DNA of 60,000 nucleotides, taken from NCBI GenBank assembly GCA_043819495.1, contig JBDRET010000030.1:71463-131462 (forward strand), written 5' to 3'. Source of the DNA: Candidatus Woesearchaeota archaeon. GTDB taxonomy: Archaea; Nanobdellota; Nanobdellia; Woesearchaeales; UBA11576. Position numbers and translations under genes: made by a program. The notes below the pieces were generated by a model that ran no database searches, was not told the DNA's origin, and worked only from the letters and a program-made list of their open reading frames with translations. Of the stretch, positions 36,039 through 45,721 are shown one piece after another; the stretch's first letter is position 1, and each line of letters starts with the position of its first letter.

Positions 36039-37250
36039 ATGAAAAGAAGATTTCCTATGACAAAACGCGGATTGCTCCAGAGAGGGGCGGATCATATATT
36101 CTCTACCGGCATGAATGATGGCGCATCACATCTTTGTCTTGCGAACATGAAATATGGGCTTGCGAAGATACACTATACTCTCAATAAGTTCAACATGACG
36201 CCTGATGCGACTTTTGCGACGACACCTGATGAGACTGTGAGCAGGAACAGCAGCAGATGGGAGCAGGGGATCGCATATGGTGGGCGGCTGTCCTGGGGTG
36301 TAGGTAAAGATAAGTTCACATTCCTTGATGTCAAGCCGAACTGTTGCGGTATGCTTGTGGGAGGATTGCATGACCTTCCGAAACCTAAGAGTGTACTGAA
36401 GCGTGTCGCAGACCTTCAGCAGGAACCGACTTTCATAGATGATGTAAGGGTCAAATGGGATTTCTATAAAGGCAATCATTTCATAGATGTGTTCCGTGTC
36501 GATGTGAAAGAGAAAGGGCTCAAGCTGCCAAAGTATGCAGTCATAATGCATGCGGGCTGTTCAGAACTTAAAGGCGAGACTGAGGCAGGCATGGGGTTGT
36601 ATTGGGATCATAGCAAGACATTGATGGAGAACTGCAAGACGGTAAAGACACCTTTCGGGAACAATTACGTCCTTCAGGGAAATAATGCTGTAGAATATTA
36701 CAAGTTCAATCTCTTTGCAGAGAATTTCGCAAAGAAGAGACGCGAGATCGCTTTCAAGAGGATATTTGATAATGGCAAGATAGTATGTAACCATACACAT
36801 CAGGGGATGCTGAATATGAATGAGATAGTCCTCGGCTGCCAGACATTTGATAGCACTGACCAGATATTTCCTATATCGATACGTGCTGACCTTCCTTCTT
36901 ATCTTGTGAAGGGCAAGCATAGTTTCACCCCGCATCAGATGGACATGCTGGGCTTCACGGCGCGAGCAGAAGAGTTCGGCGTCTACAATAGGTTGAGTAA
37001 GGTGAACATCTTGCCTCACGGTGGCGGTTATGCATTCCCTGATTCTTTGAGTGTCGAGAAGATATTCGAGATAAATGACAAGCGTTACTTCAAGCTTGAC
37101 ATGACGAACAGCATAGGGAAGAAGATAGTGTCAAACGTTAGGGAGCTGCAGTTTGAGTACAGGGGAAGAGAAGTGATGCAGCGCTGTCTTGACCTGGACA
37201 TGTGCAAAGTATCTGTAGTATTGGACCCGGTGTACACGATAAAGATATGA
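36039..37250 (+). CDS. divergent RtcB-like RNA ligase
   Basis: TPD, NCCGM, GNHF, MHAG, NHTH, PHGGG in RtcB motif order. Confidence 0.7.
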   Translation: MKRRFPMTKRGLLQRGADHIFSTGMNDGASHLCLANMKYGLAKIHYTLNKFNMTPDATFATTPDETVSRNSSRWEQGIAYGGRLSWGVGKDKFTFLDVKPNCCGMLVGGLHDLPKPKSVLKRVADLQQEPTFIDDVRVKWDFYKGNHFIDVFRVDVKEKGLKLPKYAVIMHAGCSELKGETEAGMGLYWDHSKTLMENCKTVKTPFGNNYVLQGNNAVEYYKFNLFAENFAKKRREIAFKRIFDNGKIVCNHTHQGMLNMNEIVLGCQTFDSTDQIFPISIRADLPSYLVKGKHSFTPHQMDMLGFTARAEEFGVYNRLSKVNILPHGGGYAFPDSLSVEKIFEINDKRYFKLDMTNSIGKKIVSNVRELQFEYRGREVMQRCLDLDMCKVSVVLDPVYTIKI

Positions 37251-37347
37251 GTTCTTGATGTTTCAGAACGCCAGCGCCCGAGGACAAACTTACATTTGAT
37301 GTCCGGTCGTGAATCCTTATTATTCCGTCGTTTGAAAAACTTTAACG

Positions 37348-38082
37348 TCATATATCTGCAGGTTTTGCCATATCCCAATACATCTGGAAAACTAGTTTCA
37401 TAGATTGGGCAACCTGTTCGTTGGAGATTATTATTCCAACTAAATCGTTTTTGAGCGTGTATAAAGCCACTTTCTTACCATAAATGAACACCATGCAGGG
37501 AAAATCTTTTAATGCGGGTGTGAATCGCATTTCCGTAATTCTCTTATATTCTTCCTTGTGAAAAGTAGGTTCATCAAAAGGATCTATCACAATCTTAGCG
37601 GGAATTTTTTTATCTAATCTTATTGTCCTGAAGTGTTCAGGTTGATGTTTCAGGACTTCTCTTGAAAGAGAATAAGATCCAAAATAGAAGATTTGTTGTT
37701 TTTTCTTGAAAATATCTGAGAGTATTGTAAACAATCCTCTAGTTCCTTGAAAGATCTCAACATTAGATGTTTCTTTCACTGTTTCTTTGAGAATCTTAAG
37801 TTCTGGAAGAACTGATTGGATCATCTCCTTTTTCTCATTGATTTTATCAATAAGTTTTTCTGGAGATGCTGCTTCATAGAACCGTACTCCTTTCTTCGTT
37901 ATGAACGAGACCAGTCCTTTATTGACTAGGTAGTTCAAGGTATTGTAGATTGTTGTTCTTGGTAAACCTATTCTTTTGCCTATTTCCTGGAGGTTTACAG
38001 AACCTAAAGGAAGAAGTGTTAGATATACCTTAATCTCTTTCTCAGCAAGGCCATACTCCTTAAGGGCTTCTTCTGTCCTCAT
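37348..38082 (-). CDS. TrmB-family transcriptional regulator
   Basis: GLAEKEIKVYLTLL...LPRTTIYNTLNYLVNKGLV wHTH; AT-rich DNA. Confidence 0.88.
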   Translation of the reverse strand: MRTEEALKEYGLAEKEIKVYLTLLPLGSVNLQEIGKRIGLPRTTIYNTLNYLVNKGLVSFITKKGVRFYEAASPEKLIDKINEKKEMIQSVLPELKILKETVKETSNVEIFQGTRGLFTILSDIFKKKQQIFYFGSYSLSREVLKHQPEHFRTIRLDKKIPAKIVIDPFDEPTFHKEEYKRITEMRFTPALKDFPCMVFIYGKKVALYTLKNDLVGIIISNEQVAQSMKLVFQMYWDMAKPADI

Positions 38083-38195
38083 CCATTTTAAAGAGTTTAA
38101 GGAAGTATTTAAACATTCCTATTTGTCGTCCATTTTGGTGGACATCTTTTGATATATCCAAAATGATGTATCCTATTGCGATGAGGTAATGAACA

Positions 38196-38504
38196 ATGAA
38201 TAAACTACAGCAAATGGCAACAATAGCATTGATCTCAGTAAGTTTAGGGCTTGGAGGACTCGTAGCCGGGAAACTATCTTCAGGGTGTCAAATCAAGAAG
38301 TTGGAGAATCGACTCGAATCGGTTCAGTGGGAAAAAAGGGCAATACGCAAAGAGAACTACCAGCTGCATCTTGATCTGATTAAGAGAGATAATCCTTACC
38401 GATGGGAATTATACGGTGATGCCATAGGCAATTGGGGATATAGAAGAGCTGACGAAAATGCAATACTCGGCGCTGTAGGATACATATATCTGACAAACGA
38501 ATAA
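38196..38504 (+). CDS. small membrane-anchored hypothetical protein
   Basis: GAGGT RBS; N-terminal TM followed by a coiled coil. Confidence 0.6.
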   Translation: MNKLQQMATIALISVSLGLGGLVAGKLSSGCQIKKLENRLESVQWEKRAIRKENYQLHLDLIKRDNPYRWELYGDAIGNWGYRRADENAILGAVGYIYLTNE

Positions 38505-38595
38505 AAAGTCACCAGTTGCTGACGTGAACTGATAGTTCTATACCAACGCACGACATCATCATGACATATCTAAAAAAATAAAATATTTCTGCAGA

Positions 38596-39036
38596 TCAGT
38601 TCAGTAGGCTCTCGATTCCTTTTGAAAGCTCTTCAAAATCTCTTCTGCATGCCTGCGCATCTGAATTATGCATGTAGTCCTGCCTCACGAGACCTTCTTG
38701 GATATATGTTCCAAGGTCTGTTGTGCTCTGGAGCTTTACATCTGCCCTTACGCCATTGTTGCTCACAGCGATGGTGAATGTGCCGTGATCTTCATTGTGT
38801 GTCTCGACATAATTGGCTATTGCATCATATCCATTGCCGGTTATGAGGACATCTACATTATGGCTCTGCAGGTAATTCAGTGCCTCTTCCTTATCGCTCC
38901 TGTAGCTGAACCTTATGCCTTGTGCCATCAGGCTCCTTGCGAGTTGCGATACGTAAGGCTTATCTGTTTCACTCATCACTATGAGCGCATTTCTTGGCGC
39001 ATAGTTTGGTGCATCGTTTCGGGTTACATCTCTCAT
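38596..39036 (-). CDS. degenerate response-regulator receiver-like protein
   Basis: ALIVM...EEALNYLQSHNVDVLITG...TIAVS...ADVKL fold pattern; Gly at the phospho-Asp position. Confidence 0.45.
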   Translation of the reverse strand: MRDVTRNDAPNYAPRNALIVMSETDKPYVSQLARSLMAQGIRFSYRSDKEEALNYLQSHNVDVLITGNGYDAIANYVETHNEDHGTFTIAVSNNGVRADVKLQSTTDLGTYIQEGLVRQDYMHNSDAQACRRDFEELSKGIESLLN

Positions 39037-39394
39037 CTTGGTTACTCTCCTTGCTTCTTATTGTATTATTATCAGCTGTCACTGTTGCACCTTTTTTTGT
39101 AGAAAGTCTTTGTTCGGGAAAACAATAATCCCTGGAGGTTGCCTATGATCGTCCTTAATTGTCCATTGCTGGGGAGCTTTGGAGGTTTAATGTGTTTTTG
39201 CAACACTCCAGGTACTTTCTATTATCCTATATGGCAAGATTTATTAATAAAGGTTACGAACGTTTTTCTTACATTAAAGTGACAAATACTGCAAAAACAA
39301 GAAATTAGTAGATAATAATCTATTTTTTATACGATTAATCGATTACAGGGCTTATTTTAAGGGTTGTGGAAAATTATTTATTATCTGCTGTCTT

Positions 39395-39727
39395 ATGGTG
39401 TGTATGGAGATCGAGAGCATAAGACGGTCAGCATATTGGTTCTTCTTCTTTGTATTCATAATCTTGCTCGCAGTCTTCATGATCTCTGATAGATTATCAT
39501 TAATGTTCAAGCTGATATTGATCTGTCTTATGGCAATACTGTCCTCTATGTTCCATCTGAGAGAACAGTATGGGTTCCTATCATTTATTCTGACCATCAT
39601 TGCAGGATTCTCTGCAGGTGCTGTCCTTGCCAATGATGCGAATCAATTCTGGATTTTTGGACCAGTATTCATAATATTTTTTTTCCTGGGCTGCAAATGC
39701 TTTGAGAAGAACTGGCTAGGGGTATGA
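39395..39727 (+). CDS. small four-TM membrane protein
   Basis: Hydrophobic ORF. Confidence 0.7.
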   Translation: MVCMEIESIRRSAYWFFFFVFIILLAVFMISDRLSLMFKLILICLMAILSSMFHLREQYGFLSFILTIIAGFSAGAVLANDANQFWIFGPVFIIFFFLGCKCFEKNWLGV

Positions 39728-39738
39728 CTGACTTCTGT

Positions 39739-39902
39739 TATGTGCATAGCCTGAATCCTTAACCTGCCGCGCCAGCACTACTGCGCTCGCTTGGCATCAT
39801 TTTTCGCATTGACCTGCACAACTGCGATTATTATCGCTACTGTTTTATTCAGCTCACTAGGCAGTAGTGCTGGCGCTATGGAAAATTCTAGCTATGCACA
39901 TA
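39739..39902. repeat. nested inverted-repeat element (perfect 12-bp and 16-bp arms)
   Basis: tatgtgcatagc (39739-39750)/gctatgcacata (39891-39902); gcgccagcactactgc (39769-39784)/gcagtagtgctggcgc (39861-39876). Confidence 0.8.
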
Positions 39903-39947
39903 TGTGCACTGCAAAAATATATAAACACTCGAACCAGATTCTGCCCT

Positions 39948-41426
39948 ATGTCTATTAGAGAGTTAAAAGAGGGGGTGTGCATATCAGCAGATAGGATGAT
40001 GCCTGCTACTGTAGCGACCCAGTTTCCTGATAATGTGGAACGGCCATTCTGGTCTTTCAAAGATGCAATAACTGTTGCAGATGATTTCTTTGATTGTTAT
40101 GTCTCTTTCAAGGACCTTTACTGCCAGGAGTATTTCTGGGACTGGCAGGGACGCAAGCTGGATGAGCTTCTGCTCCAGAAACTAGTAGGTGCGTACAGCA
40201 AATTCTTCAAGGCAAGACCGATAGGCAAGGATCACTTTCTCACATTGAATGTGCGCGATGGTGAAGCGCTCGAACAGATGGGAAAGATATACATGTCGAT
40301 AATAACATCCAATGATTTTGCGCAAGGGCAGAAGATGGCATCTCCGCCATTATTTGAAGTGGTGCACTCAGCAAAGTCTGCAGAGGACCTGACAAGATTT
40401 GCCAATCTGTATAACGAGACAGTATCTATGGCAAGTGAACAGCTTGACCATGACTGCGGGCCTAAGGTATTGTCCATCCTTCCCACTCATCAGTTTGGAG
40501 AGACAGTTAACTGGTATTCAAAGCTGAATGGTTTTTTCACCGCTTTCCAGTCAGCATTCAGATGCCGGATGGATTATTTCCGGCCAGTCATACCAAGAGC
40601 TGCGATTGCTGATGAGCTTGGATTCATCGCATCTACGCTTGCGACTAAGCGGGCAATATCAAGCTATCATTCATTCTCAAAGATCACAGGAGTGGCAGCA
40701 TATCCTGTCATTGATGCAGGGCCTTTGCTTTTCAGGGGAGGACTTGCACCAGATAATGTGAGGCCGTTCCTCTCAAACTATCCTGGTATCAGCACTGTGA
40801 CGATAACATCATCATTCAGGTTTGACAATGACCTGCAGGAAGTAAGGAAGTCTATAGCTGTCCTGAATAAGGAGATGAAGAGAAAAGAATTCACTCCATC
40901 ATCCAGGGATGAGCTAAAAGGGATGCTCGCTATAGAACGGATATTTTCCCGGAATTATAAAGAGGCACTTGAAGCGTTACCTTCTCTTGATGACCTCTCA
41001 GGTATGCTCAATAAGATCAATATCCGTGCAGGAAAAAATATAGGAAGATCATTCGCATTATACTCATTAGGGGTTCCGCCGGAATTCCTGGGGACAGGAA
41101 GGGCGCTCATCGAGTGTATCAGAGAAGGTGTCGTGAATGAGCTTGAAGATTACTATCCTGGCATAAAACAGGATCTTATCCGTGCAGGATCACTTCTGAA
41201 TAAGGAGAATCTCAGGTTCCTTGCAAAGACGGATAAAGGATGGAAATCAGTGCTCAATGATGTTGCATTGGTAGAGGACTATGTTGATGCGACACTCGGT
41301 CCGACATCCACTGATGGGTTCCTGCACCGTAATCACACTTCAAATGTATTCCATCTATCTTCGACAAAGAAAGACATTTCAGCAGACATCCTCGCTGCTG
41401 CAAAAGCAAGGCATTGTCTGGGATAG
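39948..41426 (+). CDS. ppcA: archaeal-type PEP carboxylase homolog, degenerate active site
   Basis: MPATVATQFPDN, QEYFWDWQG, PLLFRGGL, ALYSLGVPPEFLG, C-terminal RHCLG. Confidence 0.75.
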   Translation: MSIRELKEGVCISADRMMPATVATQFPDNVERPFWSFKDAITVADDFFDCYVSFKDLYCQEYFWDWQGRKLDELLLQKLVGAYSKFFKARPIGKDHFLTLNVRDGEALEQMGKIYMSIITSNDFAQGQKMASPPLFEVVHSAKSAEDLTRFANLYNETVSMASEQLDHDCGPKVLSILPTHQFGETVNWYSKLNGFFTAFQSAFRCRMDYFRPVIPRAAIADELGFIASTLATKRAISSYHSFSKITGVAAYPVIDAGPLLFRGGLAPDNVRPFLSNYPGISTVTITSSFRFDNDLQEVRKSIAVLNKEMKRKEFTPSSRDELKGMLAIERIFSRNYKEALEALPSLDDLSGMLNKINIRAGKNIGRSFALYSLGVPPEFLGTGRALIECIREGVVNELEDYYPGIKQDLIRAGSLLNKENLRFLAKTDKGWKSVLNDVALVEDYVDATLGPTSTDGFLHRNHTSNVFHLSSTKKDISADILAAAKARHCLG

Positions 41427-41447
41427 ATCCATAATTCAATTTGTTTC

Positions 41448-42062
41448 ATGATGGTCAATATGATAAAAGCAGTTCTTTTCGATCTTGGCGGAGTATTGGT
41501 GACTGATATAGTCAGGGTTCTTGAGGAATTTGTATCTAAGACTGCTGGCATCCCGATCGATAAGGTACAGTTGGTGCGCAGGGATCATTGGAGCAATTAT
41601 GAACTGAGTAAGATGAGCGGCATCGAGTTCATGCAAAAAGAGATAGATAATGCAGGTATGAAGATGTCGCCGCAGGAACTTCTGGAGCGTTCGTATGACA
41701 TGATAGAATATTATGCGGATTCTGTTGATATGGTCAAGCGCTTGAAGGCTACAGGGAGATACAAGTTAGGAGTGATATCCAACAACACTCTGGAGTGGGC
41801 CAGGTTCGAGAAGGATGATATGGGTCTGGGTCAGTATTTTGATGTTTGGATATCTTCTGCTGATGTAAATGAATGCAAACCGATGCATAGTATCTACTTG
41901 CTCGCTGCAGAGCGTCTGGGCATTGACCCTTCAGATTGTGTCTTCATCGATGACAAGCAGAAATGTATTGCAGGTGCTGTTGAGGTTGGGATGGTAGGGA
42001 TACAGTTTGAGGATGCAAAGCAGTTAGAGGCTGAGCTCAAGCAGTTGGGTTTGGATTTCTGA
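41448..42062 (+). CDS. HAD-superfamily hydrolase
   Basis: FDLGGV, ISNN, KP, FIDD. Confidence 0.92.
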   Translation: MMVNMIKAVLFDLGGVLVTDIVRVLEEFVSKTAGIPIDKVQLVRRDHWSNYELSKMSGIEFMQKEIDNAGMKMSPQELLERSYDMIEYYADSVDMVKRLKATGRYKLGVISNNTLEWARFEKDDMGLGQYFDVWISSADVNECKPMHSIYLLAAERLGIDPSDCVFIDDKQKCIAGAVEVGMVGIQFEDAKQLEAELKQLGLDF

Positions 42063-42146
42063 TAGCTAATATACATTAAACTTTATATACTACTCCAGGA
42101 TATAGGTTGTAGATTATGTGTTAATCTAAAAAAATGAGGTGATTAT

Positions 42147-42527
42147 ATGACTCCAATCGAGATTATTGCATTGTTAGGTGCGTTATTGATTCTTGTGAAG
42201 CTTGTCGTTATAGCGATTAAGCCAAATCTTTGGATGAAGTTGCCACATCATGCATTCAAGTATCCGAAGGTCGCGATGGTAGGATCCCTGTTGCTGGCAT
42301 TTCTGATGTTATACTTCCTTATGGAAGAATTGAACATAATCCAGATATTTGCTTGTGTGATGTTCACTGCGTTTCTAATAGTTTCAGCAGTTACATCTTA
42401 TTCAACAGAGTTTGTTGATCTCCTGAAGAAGCTGCTGAAGGAGAAGCACGTGTTTGCAAAAGCATTGATACCTGTAGCGGTGTGGTTCTTGTTCGCTGTG
42501 TGGGTGCTTTACGCGATTTTCGCTTGA
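42147..42527 (+). CDS. four-TM membrane protein
   Basis: GAGGTGA RBS; hydrophobic; poly-T tract after the stop. Confidence 0.75.
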   Translation: MTPIEIIALLGALLILVKLVVIAIKPNLWMKLPHHAFKYPKVAMVGSLLLAFLMLYFLMEELNIIQIFACVMFTAFLIVSAVTSYSTEFVDLLKKLLKEKHVFAKALIPVAVWFLFAVWVLYAIFA

Positions 42528-42847
42528 TTTTTTATTTTCTTTTTTTTTTTATTTTCTATATCTTATGCTATATATCATTGAGAAATAGCAGGTGTAACAG
42601 TATCTTCTGTGCTGATTAAGTGTTTTTACAGTTCTTTTCAATGATTTTTCTACAATATAAGATTCTTCTAAATAATTATCAGATGCTCAACTGTTTTGCA
42701 CATTGACTGTAACGGTCTACAAAACATTTTTAAATATGGAGGTATATATAATATATAGCATATTTAGCAGTTCTGCCAGATTATGCATATTAAGCGTTTT
42801 AAGCGATATTTAATGTGTTTAAACCATTATTTGTCTACAGCCGTAAA

Positions 42848-43492
42848 ATGAATGCACTCGTACTTTTTGCCAAATTCCCTGAACCAGGTAGGGTCAAGAA
42901 GTGTATAGGCAAAGCCATAGGCATGGAGAATTCTGCAGGCCTCTGTAGGGCGTTTATAAATGACCTGATTGAGGAGAACCAGGATAAGGATTATGATCTT
43001 TATCTCAGCTTCATAGGGCACGAGCATAAAGAACAATACCGTAGCATGTTCCCTAATGCGATACTGTATGTGCAGAGGGGATCCAACCTGAGTGATAATC
43101 TGCAGTTTACTTTTGAGGACCTTCTTGATGATTATGAGAAGGTAGTTGTGCTCAGTTGTGATGTTCCGCAGCTATCATCTCAGACAGTGGTCAAGGCATT
43201 CAATGCTCTTGATTCTTATGAGGTTGTCCTTGGTCCTGCACAGGATGGAGGGTATTACATAATAGGGATGAAGAAGCCGCAGGCTATATTCGAGATGATG
43301 CCTTGGGGAACAGAAGACCTTCTTAAGGCACAGATGGAGAATCTCAGGAAGAAGGGGTTGCCGTTCGTATTGCTCGAGAAGATGTATGATGTTGATACGA
43401 TGGAAGAGTTGCGCCATCTTAAGGAGACATTGACTGAAGGTGAAGCGCCGCGTACATTCGCATTCCTTCATCGGCCTGATATAAAGATCTGA
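42848..43492 (+). CDS. DUF2064/TIGR04282-like glycosyl- or nucleotidyltransferase (CofC-like fold)
   Basis: FAKFPEPGRVK, QRG, DVP, VLGPAQDGGYYIIG, DVDT. Confidence 0.85.
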   Translation: MNALVLFAKFPEPGRVKKCIGKAIGMENSAGLCRAFINDLIEENQDKDYDLYLSFIGHEHKEQYRSMFPNAILYVQRGSNLSDNLQFTFEDLLDDYEKVVVLSCDVPQLSSQTVVKAFNALDSYEVVLGPAQDGGYYIIGMKKPQAIFEMMPWGTEDLLKAQMENLRKKGLPFVLLEKMYDVDTMEELRHLKETLTEGEAPRTFAFLHRPDIKI

Positions 43493-43562
43493 TTATTTTA
43501 TATTTCTTAGGTTTATGCTATAGAACTATCTTGCAGCATCCCGTAGCAAGCTGAAATATCAT

Positions 43563-44570
43563 TCAGTCTTTCTTAGGTATCTTAGGATAGAGTCCTGGAT
43601 TCATGAATACTTTCTGTGTCTTGACGACGATGCCTTTATCCTTCTTCATGATATCTTCAGAGGTCATCCGTGAATTGCCAAGAGCGACAAGCTCGCCTTT
43701 GAGTGTCATGACTGCAATCATCTGGTCAGGCTCTATTCCGCTTTCCAGTCGGGCTACACCAGGGATTGCGAGGTCTGCGCCGTGGCAAAGGGTATTGACT
43801 GTCGTATCAGTGATCCATATCTTTGGCAGGTGCGCGACTGCATTCTCGACAGGCTGTACTACGTGGCGAAGATATCTCTCTTCACCTTCATTCTTGTAAT
43901 GCCAGTAAGCATCAGTCGCATCCTGGAGTGATACTAATGTCTTCTCCTTGAATGGTCCTGCTTTTGTCCTGCGAAGCTCTGCCATGTGAGCCCCTACGCC
44001 AAGCTTGTTCCCTATATCATGGCATAGTTTACGTATGTATGTCCCTGCCTGGCAGCCGACCAAGAATAGCACGTCCTGCCCGACCACTTCGATAACATCT
44101 ATGTAATAGACTGTCCTGTCCCGCCATTCTCTCTTCACTGCAGATTTTACTGGCGGAAGCTGTGTTATCTTGCCTACGAATTCATCTATCACTTCGCGGA
44201 CTTTTGCTTCATCTACTTCTTTGTGCATATGCATGAGGCAGATATATTCTTTTCCTGCGATGAGCAATGCCTGTACTACCCTGGTCGCACGTCCCATCGC
44301 GATAACCAGTACTCCTGTGACTTTAGGGTCCAGTGTCCCGCTATGTCCGCCCTTCTTCTTGTTGAATATCTTCTGGAGATATGCTGATGTCTGGTGTGAG
44401 GTAGGCCCTTTTGGCTTGTCTATGTTGACTACGCCAAGGTCTAGAAATTCTTCTATCTGCCGCTCATCAGGTCTGCATCCGTATTTTGGTGCAGTTTCAG
44501 CTTCTCTCTTGATCAATGTCTTCCTGAGAGAAATCTCAAATGGTAGTAGATTCTTCCGTTCCATGTTCAT
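43563..44570 (-). CDS. cbf5: H/ACA RNA-guided pseudouridine synthase Cbf5
   Basis: IDKPKGPTSH, GHSGTLDPKVTG, GTYIRKLCHD, PUA domain. Confidence 0.96.
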   Translation of the reverse strand: MNMERKNLLPFEISLRKTLIKREAETAPKYGCRPDERQIEEFLDLGVVNIDKPKGPTSHQTSAYLQKIFNKKKGGHSGTLDPKVTGVLVIAMGRATRVVQALLIAGKEYICLMHMHKEVDEAKVREVIDEFVGKITQLPPVKSAVKREWRDRTVYYIDVIEVVGQDVLFLVGCQAGTYIRKLCHDIGNKLGVGAHMAELRRTKAGPFKEKTLVSLQDATDAYWHYKNEGEERYLRHVVQPVENAVAHLPKIWITDTTVNTLCHGADLAIPGVARLESGIEPDQMIAVMTLKGELVALGNSRMTSEDIMKKDKGIVVKTQKVFMNPGLYPKIPKKD

Positions 44571-44605
44571 TCAGATTTGGAGTTTGGGTCTATTTAAAAA
44601 CATTC

Positions 44606-45721
44606 TTATTGCCTGCGTCGCACAGTCTCGACAATCCTGCTTACCGCAGCCTGCTCTCCTTTGTCAGAGTCAAGCTCATCTGCAAGGGTGTCGCCTTCAA
44701 GCGGCAGGTCTGATATGTTCCCTGCAAATCCGAAGTTGATCGTGAGGTTATCGTAATGCCTTCTTTGTGCCTGCTCTATTGCGCTGGCAAGGTCTCTCGC
44801 TTCCATCTCGACACCGTCACAACCATTGGCGCATGCAAGCTCAAGCTGTTCGACTGTCTGGTCTACCACGGATGGGACGTTCAATATTGTGCTTTCGTGA
44901 CTGTCTGGTGCAAGACGATTGTGGAATGGGTGCACAAGTCTCTTCCCTTCCCTTAGCCGTACCCAATCGATGATTCCGGTAGGGATTATCATGTCATGCC
45001 GCAGCATGCCCTGCTTGAGTCCGCCGACCCTGCCGAAGGTGAACACCTCAAGAGACCTGCGGCCTCCCTGTCTCTCAGCAAGCGCAGCATATTCCCGCAT
45101 CATCTTGCTGATTATGAGTCCGCCTTGCCCTCCATAGACATAGCCGATGTTGAGGACAATCTCACCACCTATGTCTACGAGTTGGGCATCAAGGTATTCG
45201 CTTTTTCCTCTCTCGATCACCCTTGCCTGCTTTGCGACAGCTTCAAGAGGTCCGATGACTATCTTGTTTGTGTCTTTCATATCAGTGGATGAGAAGATTC
45301 TGCGGTCTTCATACTTCTTTTCCGGTACGAAAAGCCCTACGACAAAATCATATGCATTGTTTTCATATTGCATGTAAGTGACTCGCTTGTCTTCTCCATG
45401 CTCAATCACTTCTGTCTCTATGTTCCTTCCTGTAGCTTCCAGATATGCGCGAATCATGAGTTCGTATCTTGTCCCTCTTTCGAATATGCTGTATTGTGGT
45501 ATGAACAGGGTCTTTTCTGAGAAGTATATGGGCTCTCGTCCGTTCTTCTGTTGTACCCTGACAAAACCTCCTGCCCTGTCGATTATTGACCTCTCAAGCT
45601 GTGATGGCAGAGGTCCATTATGTAGCTCTATCTTTTCAACATCATCAGGTCCCACATTGCTGCCGAACAGCCGCGTCTCTGCGTATTTGATTACGTCTTC
45701 AGGCTTGAATATGTTTGTCAT
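44606..45721 (-). CDS. nucleoside phosphorylase/nucleosidase-fold (PNP_UDP-like) protein
   Basis: FGRVGGL, GVEMEA, GNISDLPL. Confidence 0.65.
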   Translation of the reverse strand: MTNIFKPEDVIKYAETRLFGSNVGPDDVEKIELHNGPLPSQLERSIIDRAGGFVRVQQKNGREPIYFSEKTLFIPQYSIFERGTRYELMIRAYLEATGRNIETEVIEHGEDKRVTYMQYENNAYDFVVGLFVPEKKYEDRRIFSSTDMKDTNKIVIGPLEAVAKQARVIERGKSEYLDAQLVDIGGEIVLNIGYVYGGQGGLIISKMMREYAALAERQGGRRSLEVFTFGRVGGLKQGMLRHDMIIPTGIIDWVRLREGKRLVHPFHNRLAPDSHESTILNVPSVVDQTVEQLELACANGCDGVEMEARDLASAIEQAQRRHYDNLTINFGFAGNISDLPLEGDTLADELDSDKGEQAAVSRIVETVRRRQ

